A program made the position numbers and the translations under genes. From the NCBI RefSeq assembly GCF_009734345.1, contig NZ_CP032551.1:1530001-1562000 (forward strand): a stretch of 32,000 nt of DNA, read 5' to 3'. The stretch comes from Pseudidiomarina andamanensis. GTDB taxonomy: Bacteria > Pseudomonadota > Gammaproteobacteria > Enterobacterales > Alteromonadaceae. This document shows, piece after piece, positions 8,773 through 20,075 of the stretch (positions are counted from its first letter, which is position 1; every line of letters begins with the position of its first letter). The notes beneath the pieces were generated by a model. That model made no database searches. It was not told the origin of the DNA and worked only from the letters and a program-made list of their open reading frames with translations.

Positions 8773-9308
8773 TCAGACGCGCGAACAAAACGAATAAACC
8801 GCGAAACCGCTGGGTTATCGTTAAACTCGCTACCATCAAAGAAATCAATATAGCGACCCAGTGCTAATGGCGCAGGGTCGATATCTTCGGCATCAGGGGT
8901 ATTGGTCCAAAATGGTGCGCTTGGTGTTTCTGGAAACACTTCAGTGCGAATGGCCGGATCAAAACACGCATATTCAACTAAAGTTGCGAGTTCTTTGATG
9001 TTTGGTAAACGCCAATCTGTCACATCGCCATGACTAAAATCATCCTGCGCGTTTAACGCAACGCTCCAATCGGTCACTGCTGTCGGCGAACCTGTGCAAC
9101 TGTTATTGCTTGCATCATAAGCTTGACCATATAAGCACAGTGACCACGTTAACCCAGTGCGCACATCGAGAACCGTGCCGTCACGATTATCGTAGAACTG
9201 GTCAGGTGCAGTATTTGGTTTAATTGATTCATATTTGCAGGAAGCTTCAACAACGCCGTTTAAGCCCACAACACATGCCACTAGCGATAGATACGATAAT
9301 TTTTTCAT
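8769..9308 (-). CDS. Secreted or lipoprotein DUF1566 (Lcl C-terminal-like) domain protein
   Basis: 179 aa with the signal peptide MKKLSYLSLVAC.., motifs VLDVRTGLTWS and TDWRLPNIKELATL, and a C-terminal ..FIRFVRA typical of DUF1566. A strong SD (AAGGAGG) is present. The gap to the upstream gene is 15 nt. Confidence 0.7.
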   Translation of the reverse strand: MKKLSYLSLVACVVGLNGVVEASCKYESIKPNTAPDQFYDNRDGTVLDVRTGLTWSLCLYGQAYDASNNSCTGSPTAVTDWSVALNAQDDFSHGDVTDWRLPNIKELATLVEYACFDPAIRTEVFPETPSAPFWTNTPDAEDIDPAPLALGRYIDFFDGSEFNDNPAVSRFIRFVRASD

Positions 9309-9323
9309 TGCTGACCTCCTTGT

Positions 9324-10895
9324 TTAGTCGCTAACAGCCGGGTTACGTGCGGCACGAATACTAATGTAATCATTTTTATTGCACAGCATTCGACGTGAGT
9401 TTTGAATATCCCAACACCATGCCGCACCAGAGTTATCAGCGGCAGGCGATGACGTCATGATTTTGTCAGAGCTAAACTGTGCAACATCTGGGAAATAATT
9501 AACGTCATACGATAACATTTGACCGAATAGCGAACTGCTTTGTGCTTCATTCACAGTTGGTAGACGCCAGTCACTGAAACCACAATAGCCAAGTACATTT
9601 AAGTAATTGAGATAATTCTCGCTGGTACAACCCGCTTCATAGTCAATCTCACCACCTTCGATACCTGGAAATTCACACGTTGCTGCGGTGTAGTACGTCT
9701 CATCCGCGTTAGGCTCGAGTTCATTCGGGCTGTAGGTTCCAGCGTTACCGGCATTATTAGCTGGATCTGAGTTATACCAACGGTACAGATTCGCTGGATT
9801 ATTCCATCCTTCGATATAAGTTGGGCTACCCCAAACTGCATATACGGTGCCTGACAAGTTATCGCGCACACATTCAAAAGCCGTTGCTGTGCGCGGCAAT
9901 GCGTTGCCGTTAAAATCGAGTTTGGTGAAGTTTAAATTACCTTGGCCGTCGTCATGGAAGGTTCCTTCAGCGCCAGTATCCCGACCATAATCAGCATCTT
10001 GATTTTCGTAACCTGCCTCTGGCGTAGTTGCATTATAAGTTCCTGCATTGTAGTAACCGACAAAGCCGGAATCTGCTAATACAGCGTCACCAGAAATCAT
10101 GACGGTTAAGATGCTTCTGGACGCATTGATGGATGCCCCATCAGCATTGTTTAAGCCCAAGATAATAGTTTCTCCGCCTTCTTTGAGATTATCACTGAGC
10201 ATGGTTAACGGAACTTCAATTTGTGTTGTAAAGGCTGGAATTGTGAATGTTTGCTCATTGATTGTGTAATCACTGTCGCGAGTTGCGGTACCAGCTAAAC
10301 TCACAGCAAAACTAATTGGTGTTTCTGAGGCGTGACTTAAGCGAGCTAGTACTTCAATTTCACCCGCTTGCTCAGACGTTCTGAATTGCGGTTGACTGAA
10401 TTGTAGCGAAGGAATTGCATCGTTGTTTTTAATGGTTACTTCAATTGACGTAACACCTAACTCGAGACCTGACGCGCCAGAGAAGTTGACGCTAAACGAT
10501 TTGTCACTGCCGTAATAATTATTCGAAATAATTGGTATTGAAAATGACTTCGAGCTTTGCCCTGCAACGAATTCGAGTGCTCCTGAAGTCGAGCGATAAT
10601 GCTCAGCTGCGAGTGCCGTTCCGTTTGCGGTTGCGTAATTCAATGAAACTGTTGAGTCAGGCGCTTCCGATAAAGTGACAACAATTTCCGCTTGCACCGC
10701 ATCATTCGGAGTCAATTCTGTGACTGAGACACTCTGCGCGGTTGCTACTGGTGTTGTTTGAGAACCGCCGCCATCACCACCACCGGTAGGGTCACCACCC
10801 GGTGGCTGACCATTTTGGAAAACCTCTCCATCGCCACAACCGACAAGCGATAATGCCAATAATGAAGAAACTAAGAAACGATGCTTTGGCGCCAT
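9324..10895 (-). CDS. Lipoprotein with two Calx-beta domains and a C-terminal DUF1566-like domain
   Basis: 523 aa with lipobox LSLVG-C20 and a G/P/T-rich linker. There are two ~100-aa Calx-beta-like repeats (YATANGTALAAEHYRSTSGALEFVAGQSSKSFSIPI; LAGTATRDSDYTINEQTFTIPAFTTQIEVPL). The C-terminal region is Cys/Trp/Tyr-rich, with CVRDNLSGTVYAVW and SDWRLPTVNEA motifs. Confidence 0.7.
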   Translation of the reverse strand: MAPKHRFLVSSLLALSLVGCGDGEVFQNGQPPGGDPTGGGDGGGSQTTPVATAQSVSVTELTPNDAVQAEIVVTLSEAPDSTVSLNYATANGTALAAEHYRSTSGALEFVAGQSSKSFSIPIISNNYYGSDKSFSVNFSGASGLELGVTSIEVTIKNNDAIPSLQFSQPQFRTSEQAGEIEVLARLSHASETPISFAVSLAGTATRDSDYTINEQTFTIPAFTTQIEVPLTMLSDNLKEGGETIILGLNNADGASINASRSILTVMISGDAVLADSGFVGYYNAGTYNATTPEAGYENQDADYGRDTGAEGTFHDDGQGNLNFTKLDFNGNALPRTATAFECVRDNLSGTVYAVWGSPTYIEGWNNPANLYRWYNSDPANNAGNAGTYSPNELEPNADETYYTAATCEFPGIEGGEIDYEAGCTSENYLNYLNVLGYCGFSDWRLPTVNEAQSSSLFGQMLSYDVNYFPDVAQFSSDKIMTSSPAADNSGAAWCWDIQNSRRMLCNKNDYISIRAARNPAVSD

Positions 10896-10910
10896 CTCAA
10901 CAAATCCTTT

Positions 10911-10940
10911 TTAATTGTCATAATTTTTTATAACAATTAA
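10911..10940. repeat. AT-rich inverted repeat immediately upstream of the Calx-beta lipoprotein gene
   Basis: TTAATTGTCA (10911-10920) faces TAACAATTAA (10931-10940). The outer 8 bp are perfect and the arms match 9/10, with a 10-nt spacer. It lies 16-45 nt upstream of the start codon at 10895. Confidence 0.6.
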
Positions 10941-10992
10941 TAACGAGAAATAGCGTACAGCGCAAGTGAATTAACAAATTAAGGAAGGTATT

Positions 10993-11028
10993 AAAAAAGC
11001 GGCCTTGCGTGGGAATTAGCAAGACCGC
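10993..11028 (-). terminator. Intrinsic terminator downstream of rho
   Basis: The minus strand reads GCGGTCTTGC, a 10-nt loop, GCAAGGCCGC, then TTTTTT. The stem is 10 bp with one G:U pair. Confidence 0.8.
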
Positions 11029-11036
11029 TGATTAGA

Positions 11037-12302
11037 TTAACTCTTTTGGCGTTTCATCGCTTCAAAGAATTCATCATTCGTTTTAGTCATCTGCAGTTTA
11101 TCGATGAGGAATTCCATTGCTTCAGTTTCGCCCATTGGGTGAACGATCTTACGCAAAATCCACATCTTCTGAAGTTCATCCTGCGATGTCAGTAACTCTT
11201 CGCGACGCGTGCCAGAACGGTTGAAATCGATGGCTGGGAATACACGTTTCTCAGCAATCTTACGGTTTAAGTGCAGCTCCATGTTGCCGGTGCCCTTAAA
11301 TTCTTCGTAAATGACTTCATCCATTTTCGAACCCGTATCAATCAATGCGGTTGCTATAATTGTTAAACTACCGCCTTCTTCGACATTACGAGCCGCACCA
11401 AAAAAGCGCTTCGGTTTATGTAGCGCGTTCGCGTCAACACCACCGGTTAATACTTTGCCTGAGCTCGGAATTACAGTGTTGTAGGCACGAGCTAAACGCG
11501 TGATCGAGTCAAGCAAAATCACCACATCTTTCTTGTGTTCAACCAAACGCTTGGCTTTCTCAATCACCATTTCCGCTACTTGAACGTGACGGCTCGCCGG
11601 CTCATCGAAGGTTGAAGCAACCACTTCACCTTTCACCAAGCGATGCATCTCTGTCACTTCTTCTGGACGTTCGTCAATAAGAAGTACCATCAACACGCAT
11701 TCAGGATGGTTGGCGGCAATTGACTGGGCAATATTTTGGAGCAATAAGGTTTTACCTGCTTTCGGAGGTGCCACAATCAAGCCACGTTGGCCTTTACCAA
11801 TCGGCGATGCTAAATCGAGAACTCGAGCAGTAATGTCTTCGGTTGAACCATTACCACGTTCCATGCGCATACGTTCGTCGGCATGTAATGGGGTTAAGTT
11901 CTCAAATAAAATTTTGTTGCGGGAGTTTTCAGGTTTGTCGAAGTTAACTTCGCGGATCTTCAGGAGGGCAAAATAACGTTCGCCTTCTTTCGGCGGTCGA
12001 ATCTTTCCTGATACGGTATCGCCGGTACGCAAGTTAAAGCGTCGAATCTGACTTGGCGAGACATAGATATCGTCTGGACCAGCCAAGTAAGATGAGTCGG
12101 CTGAACGCAAGAAGCCGAAGCCATCTTGCAAGATTTCCAGCACACCATCACCGTAAATGTCTTCACCACTTTTCGCATGCGCTTTTAAAATGGCAAAAAT
12201 AATATCTTGTTTGCGCATACGCGCCATGGACTCTAGGCCCATTGTGTCTGCGAGCTGAACCAGCTCATTCACAGGTTTGTTTTTTAATTCTGTTAGATTC
12301 AT
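11037..12302 (-). CDS. rho: Transcription termination factor Rho
   Basis: 421 aa. [18 protein letters not shown]..., the RNA-binding domain, Walker A (PPKAGKT) and the overall sequence read as typical Rho. Confidence 0.97.
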   Translation of the reverse strand: MNLTELKNKPVNELVQLADTMGLESMARMRKQDIIFAILKAHAKSGEDIYGDGVLEILQDGFGFLRSADSSYLAGPDDIYVSPSQIRRFNLRTGDTVSGKIRPPKEGERYFALLKIREVNFDKPENSRNKILFENLTPLHADERMRMERGNGSTEDITARVLDLASPIGKGQRGLIVAPPKAGKTLLLQNIAQSIAANHPECVLMVLLIDERPEEVTEMHRLVKGEVVASTFDEPASRHVQVAEMVIEKAKRLVEHKKDVVILLDSITRLARAYNTVIPSSGKVLTGGVDANALHKPKRFFGAARNVEEGGSLTIIATALIDTGSKMDEVIYEEFKGTGNMELHLNRKIAEKRVFPAIDFNRSGTRREELLTSQDELQKMWILRKIVHPMGETEAMEFLIDKLQMTKTNDEFFEAMKRQKS

Positions 12303-12547
12303 AGGGGGGTTATGACTTTTTTGGCCAATGGAAATAGTTGTACGTTTATTTAGTTAAACCAGTTTCGTTAAATCAGTTCGGGATTTGACTGCTCGGCTGC
12401 CGGAAGGCTGGCACCCTGAAGAATTGTTATGCAGGGAAAAGTAACACTTAAATGGAAAAACGTCCAGTTTTTCAGCTCATTTTGTGCAAAAGCTCAGCAA
12501 AGGTTGCCAAAGATCATCTTCAACAACCCGCTGAATCTGTCTAGCAA
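12303..12547 (-). promoter_or_regulatory. trxA-rho intergenic region / rho 5' leader (promoter and probable attenuator, not resolved)
   Basis: 245 nt with no credible ORF on the minus strand. rho is autoregulated through its leader in E. coli (established knowledge). I could not identify a clear promoter or hairpin. Confidence 0.3.
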
Positions 12548-12874
12548 TTACAGGTTTTGTTCAATGAACTCAGCCAGTTGTGCTTTTGACAACGCACCTA
12601 CTTTAGTACCTGCAACTTCACCGTTCTTGAACAACAACAGGGTAGGAATACCGCGAATGTTGTACTTTGGTGGGGTTTGGTTGTTGTGGTCAACGTTCAG
12701 TTTACCGACAGTGATGCGGTCGCCGTATTCATTGGCAATGTCGTCCAAGATTGGGGCGATCATTTTGCATGGACCACACCACTCGGCCCAGAAGTCTACT
12801 AATACTGGCTTGTCAGAATTAAGAACATCGCTCTCAAAACTTTCATCACTTAGCTGAACAATTTTGTCACTCAT
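12548..12874 (-). CDS. trxA: Thioredoxin 1
   Basis: 108 aa with the WAEWCGPCK active site. It reads as a close match to E. coli TrxA from memory. GGAG lies 7 nt upstream of the ATG. Confidence 0.97.
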   Translation of the reverse strand: MSDKIVQLSDESFESDVLNSDKPVLVDFWAEWCGPCKMIAPILDDIANEYGDRITVGKLNVDHNNQTPPKYNIRGIPTLLLFKNGEVAGTKVGALSKAQLAEFIEQNL

Positions 12875-12900
12875 GATAATCTCCGCTGCTGAATTCGCGT

Positions 12901-12924
12901 GAAATAATAAAACACTATTATTTC
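12901..12924. repeat. Perfect 9-bp palindrome in the trxA/rhlB divergent promoter region
   Basis: GAAATAATA (12901-12909), spacer AAACAC, TATTATTTC (12916-12924). Confidence 0.7.
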
Positions 12925-12945
12925 TGTTTTTGAATGTTAGCGCAA
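12917..12945 (-). promoter_or_regulatory. Candidate trxA sigma70 promoter
   Basis: The minus strand reads TTGCGC (12945-12940), a 17-nt spacer, then AATAAT (12922-12917). The -10 lies inside the palindrome arm. Identified by eye only. Confidence 0.3.
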
Positions 12946-12962
12946 ACTGATATGCTTACGCC

Positions 12963-14237
12963 ATGAGTAAAACACACTTAACAGAGACACGCTTCGCCGA
13001 TCTCGACCTGCACCCGCAGGTATTGTCCGCACTGGAAAGTGCTGGATTTGAATATTGTACACCGATACAAGCATTGAGCTTACCGATTGCGTTAATCGGA
13101 AAAGACGTTGCTGGCCAGGCCCAAACCGGTACTGGTAAAACGATGGCGTTTTTAATTGCAACGTTTACGACGCTGCTTAACAACCCTCGTGACGGTGAGA
13201 AACGTTATCCGCGTGCCATTATTATGGCGCCAACGCGTGAGCTTGCTATTCAGATTGCCAATGATGCTGAACTACTCGCGAAGCATTGCGATATGCGCCT
13301 TGGCATTGTGTATGGGGGCGAAGGTTACGATTCTCAACGGCAACAGCTCGAAGAAGGCGTTGATATCCTGATTGGCACCACCGGTCGCTTGATTGATTAC
13401 TACAAGCAAGGCATTTATCAACTCGATAAAATTCAAACGGTCGTTCTTGATGAAGCCGATCGGATGTTCGATTTAGGTTTCATCAAAGATATTCGCTACA
13501 TGTTCAACAAAATGCCAGCGCCAGGCCAACGTCAAAGTTTGCTGTTTTCGGCGACGTTGTCGCAGCGCGTGCAAGAACTTGCTTATGAGCACATGGATTC
13601 GCCGACCAAAGTGGAAATCGAGCCATTGCGTAAAACCGGCGAGCGTATCAGCGAAGAGCTGTTTTATCCGTCGAAGCAAGACAAAATTAAGTTATTGCTG
13701 ACGCTGATTGAAGAAGATTGGCCTGATAAGGCCATTATTTTCGCCAACACCAAACATACCTGCGAAAAAGTTTACAATTGGCTGGAAGCCGACGGTCATC
13801 GTGTTGGTTTGTTAACCGGTGATGTGCCGCAGCGCAAGCGATTGAAAATTCTTGAGCAATTCACCGATGGTGAGCTCGACTTTTTAGTTGCCACCGACGT
13901 TGCCGCACGCGGCCTTCACATTCCTGAAGTCAGTCACGTTTATAACTACGATTTGCCGGATGATTTTGAAGATTACGTGCACCGTATAGGTCGTACCGGC
14001 CGCGCTGGCGCAAGCGGCAAAGCGGTCAACTTAGCGTGTGAAGAGTATGTTTATAATCTTCCAGCGATTGAAGAGTATATTGGTCATAGCATTCCAGTGA
14101 CCAAATACGACCCGACAGCACTGTTGACTGATTTAAAAACGCCACGTTCTAATAACCGTCGCCCGCGCGGAGGTCGCCGCAGTAGCGGTGGTAACCAACA
14201 GCGACGAAGTGGCGGTGGTCGTAAGCCGGCTCGGTAA
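12963..14237 (+). CDS. rhlB: ATP-dependent RNA helicase RhlB (DEAD-box)
   Basis: 424 aa. MSKTHLTE..., [15 protein letters not shown] and [10 protein letters not shown] motifs are present, and the protein appears colinear with E. coli RhlB as I recall it. It has an RGG-rich basic tail. Confidence 0.95.
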   Translation: MSKTHLTETRFADLDLHPQVLSALESAGFEYCTPIQALSLPIALIGKDVAGQAQTGTGKTMAFLIATFTTLLNNPRDGEKRYPRAIIMAPTRELAIQIANDAELLAKHCDMRLGIVYGGEGYDSQRQQLEEGVDILIGTTGRLIDYYKQGIYQLDKIQTVVLDEADRMFDLGFIKDIRYMFNKMPAPGQRQSLLFSATLSQRVQELAYEHMDSPTKVEIEPLRKTGERISEELFYPSKQDKIKLLLTLIEEDWPDKAIIFANTKHTCEKVYNWLEADGHRVGLLTGDVPQRKRLKILEQFTDGELDFLVATDVAARGLHIPEVSHVYNYDLPDDFEDYVHRIGRTGRAGASGKAVNLACEEYVYNLPAIEEYIGHSIPVTKYDPTALLTDLKTPRSNNRRPRGGRRSSGGNQQRRSGGGRKPAR

Positions 14238-14243
14238 CTTACC

Positions 14244-15164
14244 ATGACGCAGGACGCACGCTTCGCCGCAATTGATTTAGGCTCTAATAGTTTCCATTTA
14301 ATTATTGCCACCGTGAAGCGTGACGGCCACTACCGAATTTTAGGTCGTTACCGTCAAAAGGTGCGACTTGCAGACGGTTTCGACGAGCACCTCAGTGTGA
14401 ATGATGCCGCGATCACTCGCGGCATTGACTGTTTACGCGGGTTTGCCAATCTCCTTAAAAATATTCCCACTGAACGAATTCGTTGTGTTGCCACCGCAAC
14501 GCTGCGTAAAGCGAGTAATAATGATGTCATGCTTGAGCAGTTCAAACAGGCACTAGGGCACGACATTGAAGTTATTTCTGGTGAGGCTGAAGCGCGCCTG
14601 ATTTATCAAGGCGCAACCCAGCATTTGTTACACTCAAACAAATCTGTACTCGTGTTAGATATTGGCGGCGCAAGTACTGAAATTATTGTTGGCAGGGGCG
14701 TTCATCCAGAGCATTTAGTGAGCCTCGATATGGGGTGTGTCACATGGCAAAACCAATACTTCCCTGAACAAGTTATTAGTGAAGCAGCTTGCGAGAATGC
14801 CATAGTGGCTGCTAGCGACCTTATCGCGCCACACGCAACCCGTTTCAAGCAAGCGGGCTGGCAACACGTCAGTGGGGCTTCTGGGACGTTTCGTGCGCTT
14901 TATGATATGAACGAGCGAGGCCAACAACTCCCCATGTGTAAAGACTGGCTTCGTGACATTCTTAGCAAAGCCTGTGCTATCGGCCATGTGAGTGGCCTAG
15001 GAAAACTAGGTATTCGCCGTGATCGTCAAGCTGTCTTTGTTGGTGGGTTATGTATTTTGATTGCGTTAGTCGAACAGCTCAACATTCAGCGCGTAGAAAT
15101 TGCTGAGGGAGCTCTTCGAGAGGGTCTGCTTATTGATATGCTGACCCACTCGATGCCGCAATAA
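14244..15164 (+). CDS. gppA: Ppx/GppA-family phosphatase, short form (N-terminal actin-like domains I-II only)
   Basis: 306 aa. AAIDLGSNSFHL, VATATLR, ISGEAEARLIYQG, LDIGGASTE and GALREGL align with the first ~305 residues of E. coli GppA as I recall it. The gene occupies the conserved position after rhlB (6-nt gap). There is no C-terminal domain: a stop follows ...LTHSMPQ. Confidence 0.8.
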   Translation: MTQDARFAAIDLGSNSFHLIIATVKRDGHYRILGRYRQKVRLADGFDEHLSVNDAAITRGIDCLRGFANLLKNIPTERIRCVATATLRKASNNDVMLEQFKQALGHDIEVISGEAEARLIYQGATQHLLHSNKSVLVLDIGGASTEIIVGRGVHPEHLVSLDMGCVTWQNQYFPEQVISEAACENAIVAASDLIAPHATRFKQAGWQHVSGASGTFRALYDMNERGQQLPMCKDWLRDILSKACAIGHVSGLGKLGIRRDRQAVFVGGLCILIALVEQLNIQRVEIAEGALREGLLIDMLTHSMPQ

Positions 15165-15165
15165 T

Positions 15166-17981
<2,816 letters not shown>

Positions 17982-17988
17982 AGCTTCC

Positions 17989-18768
17989 CTATTTTGTAAA
18001 AAAACGAAGGCTGTTTTGCCAAGTTTGGGCAGCTATTTCTCTGACTTCCTGGTGTCTTAGCTGCGCCAAAAATTTACCTATTTCAGGTAAATAACAGGGC
18101 TCATTTTGTGCTGGTCGAGGGCGAATCGTTCGCGGTAATAAAAATGGTGCATCCGTTTCTAGTAGCAGACGCTCTGCCGGAATATCCAGCACAGCTTGCT
18201 GCAACTCAAGCCCTCGACGTTCGTCACACAGCCAACCTGTTATCCCTATATAACAACCAAGATCGAGATAACGTGCAAGTTCTTTTTTGCCACCAGTAAA
18301 ACAATGCGCCAACATGCGCGGAATTTCAGATTGGTAACGTGCTAATAATTCACATTGTTGTTGATGGGCATCACGTTCATGTAAATAAACTGGCAACTGC
18401 AATTCTGCGGCAAGAGCTAATTGCGCTTCAAATACTTCTAGCTGGGTTTCTTGCGGCGAGTAATTACGATTGAAATCAAGTCCACACTCACCTATGGCGA
18501 CTACATTGGGGTGCTTTGCGAGCTGTTTGAGTTGAGCGATAAAATCAGATGCGGCGCCGGCGGCATCATGCGGATGAATGCCAACAGTGGCGAGCAGTTG
18601 GTCTGGATAGCGCTCGCACAGCGCCACAGCGTCGGCACTTTCCTGTAAGTTCGTACCAATTACGAGCATCTTTTCAACACCAGCAGCGGCGGCGCGTTCA
18701 AGCACCGCCTCCACATGACGGAAAAGCTTACCGTTGGTTAAATTGACGCCGCAATCAAACCAGCGCAT
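17989..18768 (-). CDS. tatD: TatD-family metal-dependent deoxyribonuclease
   Basis: 259 aa. MRWFDCGVNL..., GIHPH, IGECGLDF, LHERDA and ETDAPFL motifs are present. Confidence 0.9.
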   Translation of the reverse strand: MRWFDCGVNLTNGKLFRHVEAVLERAAAAGVEKMLVIGTNLQESADAVALCERYPDQLLATVGIHPHDAAGAASDFIAQLKQLAKHPNVVAIGECGLDFNRNYSPQETQLEVFEAQLALAAELQLPVYLHERDAHQQQCELLARYQSEIPRMLAHCFTGGKKELARYLDLGCYIGITGWLCDERRGLELQQAVLDIPAERLLLETDAPFLLPRTIRPRPAQNEPCYLPEIGKFLAQLRHQEVREIAAQTWQNSLRFFTK

Positions 18769-19334
18769 TACTTGATGCGTTTAACACGCGTACGACGTGG
18801 GCTGTCTTCGCGCCCCAGAAAGAAGTAACTACCAAATAACCCGCGCTCAAGATAATACGGCTCGCCTTCTTTAATAGTGAACCGCTCAGCACTGATTTGT
18901 TCCCAAACTTGGCCATCCGTTGTTTCAATGGTCAACACGCCCACTTTGTTTCGTGAGTGGCTTGCAATGCGGATATCCATACGATCAGGTTCCGCTGCCT
19001 CGGCCTCTTCGTCCGGCAAGTGTTCAAAACCAAACCGTTCACGTTTACTTTGCGCTGTCTCTTTTGATTGCGCTCGACCTTGATTACCAGCTCGCTCTTG
19101 AGCTCGCTCAGCGGCAGGGGTGCCAGCTACCGGACTATTATTGTTTGTCACAGCGGTGTTCGAGGATGTGTTTCCTGCCGCAACGTCATCAAAGCAAACG
19201 AGACGTTTTAGCGGATTTTTAATAGTTGTACATTGTGCTAACTGTTGCTCTAACGACTGCGCTTGGGCTGGGCTTGAAATCGCCCACATTACCGACATGG
19301 CAGCAACTGAAAGAAACACAAACTGCTTGGTCAT
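18768..19334 (-). CDS. Hypothetical Sec-secreted protein (no family recognised)
   Basis: 188 aa with the signal peptide MTKQFVFLSVAAMSVMWAISSPAQA/QS. It has a Cys pair (C35, C46), a central low-complexity N/S/T/A/Q/E/R-rich segment and a ~70-aa C-terminal beta-like domain. AGGA lies 7 nt upstream of the ATG, and the stop overlaps the tatD ATG (TAATG). Confidence 0.6.
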   Translation of the reverse strand: MTKQFVFLSVAAMSVMWAISSPAQAQSLEQQLAQCTTIKNPLKRLVCFDDVAAGNTSSNTAVTNNNSPVAGTPAAERAQERAGNQGRAQSKETAQSKRERFGFEHLPDEEAEAAEPDRMDIRIASHSRNKVGVLTIETTDGQVWEQISAERFTIKEGEPYYLERGLFGSYFFLGREDSPRRTRVKRIK

Positions 19335-19337
19335 AAT

Positions 19338-20075
19338 TTAATCCTGATGTTGTTCGGTTTTTGATTCGGTTGAATATAGACCCGCAATCACTAATCCAAG
19401 TTCAAACAATAACCACATTGGTATTGCTAACAAGGTTTGCGAAATGACGTCGGGCGGCGTGAGTAACATACCCACAACGAAAGCACCGACAATAATATAT
19501 GGACGCTTTTTACGCAATGAAGTGACATTGGTGACCCCTGTCCAACACAATAAAATGATGGCAACTGGGGTCTCGAAGGCAATGCCAAAAGCCATGAATA
19601 TAGTCAGTACAAAATCGAGGTAGCTAGCGATATCGGTTGCAACCGTCACTCCAGTTGGCGCAGCTGAAGCAAAAAAACTAAGCGCAAGCGGAAGTACCAC
19701 AAAATAAGCGAAAGCTGCGCCAGCATAGAACAGTAGCGTACTACTTGCGAGTAGTGGCACAACCAAACGTTTTTCTTTGCGGTATAACCCAGGTGCAATA
19801 AATGCCCAGAGTTGCCACAATAAATAGGGCACGGCAATCGCGATGGAGACCACGAACGCAAGCTTGAAAGGAGTGAAAAATGGCGTTGCAACATCGGTGG
19901 CTATCATGCTGGCACCCTGCGGAAGGCTTACCAACATTGGAGCGGCTAATAAATGATAGAGCTCTTCAGCAAAAACGGCTGCCACCACAAAAACTAAGCC
20001 AACAGCGATAACACTGCGCAACAGCCGGTTGCGGAGTTCTAGTAAATGATCGAGCAACGGTGACTGACTACTCAT
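19338..20075 (-). CDS. tatC: Twin-arginine translocase subunit TatC
   Basis: 245 aa with 6 TM. LDHLLELRNRLL is the typical TatC N-terminus. Confidence 0.95.
   Translation of the reverse strand: MSSQSPLLDHLLELRNRLLRSVIAVGLVFVVAAVFAEELYHLLAAPMLVSLPQGASMIATDVATPFFTPFKLAFVVSIAIAVPYLLWQLWAFIAPGLYRKEKRLVVPLLASSTLLFYAGAAFAYFVVLPLALSFFASAAPTGVTVATDIASYLDFVLTIFMAFGIAFETPVAIILLCWTGVTNVTSLRKKRPYIIVGAFVVGMLLTPPDVISQTLLAIPMWLLFELGLVIAGLYSTESKTEQHQD

Noticed and set aside
8769-10895. Lower GC in the DUF1566/Calx-beta genes as evidence of horizontal transfer
   Set aside because: My hand counts (about 42% against about 48%) come from a handful of 60-nt lines whose ranges overlap (33-52% against 40-57%). 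I saw no flanking repeats, tRNA gene or integrase. I mention it only as a hint and do not claim a genomic island.
12305-12310. G6/C6 homopolymer next to the rho start codon as a phase-variation slip site
   Set aside because: Six residues is below the length at which slipped-strand variation is usually appreciable, and rho is essential. I keep it only as an unusual non-SD context.
12429-12857. 142-aa plus-strand ORF spanning the rho leader and lying antisense to trxA
   Set aside because: It lies entirely antisense to the unmistakable trxA CDS. The product is low-complexity and Ser/Leu-rich, as expected of a shadow frame. It has no SD and no recognisable motifs.
12930-12956. Possible rhlB promoter TTGAAT-N15-TATGCT, which would make rhlB a leaderless mRNA
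   Set aside because: The 15-nt spacer is too short for a good sigma70 promoter. The predicted start would coincide with the ATG. The evidence is insufficient.
14150-14237. Repetitive GG/CG-rich DNA at the 3' end of rhlB, and the GGTGG-rich stretch at 10760-10810
   Set aside because: These encode, respectively, the RGG-rich basic tail typical of RhlB-like helicases and the Gly/Pro linker after the lipobox. They are low-complexity coding sequence, not repeat elements.
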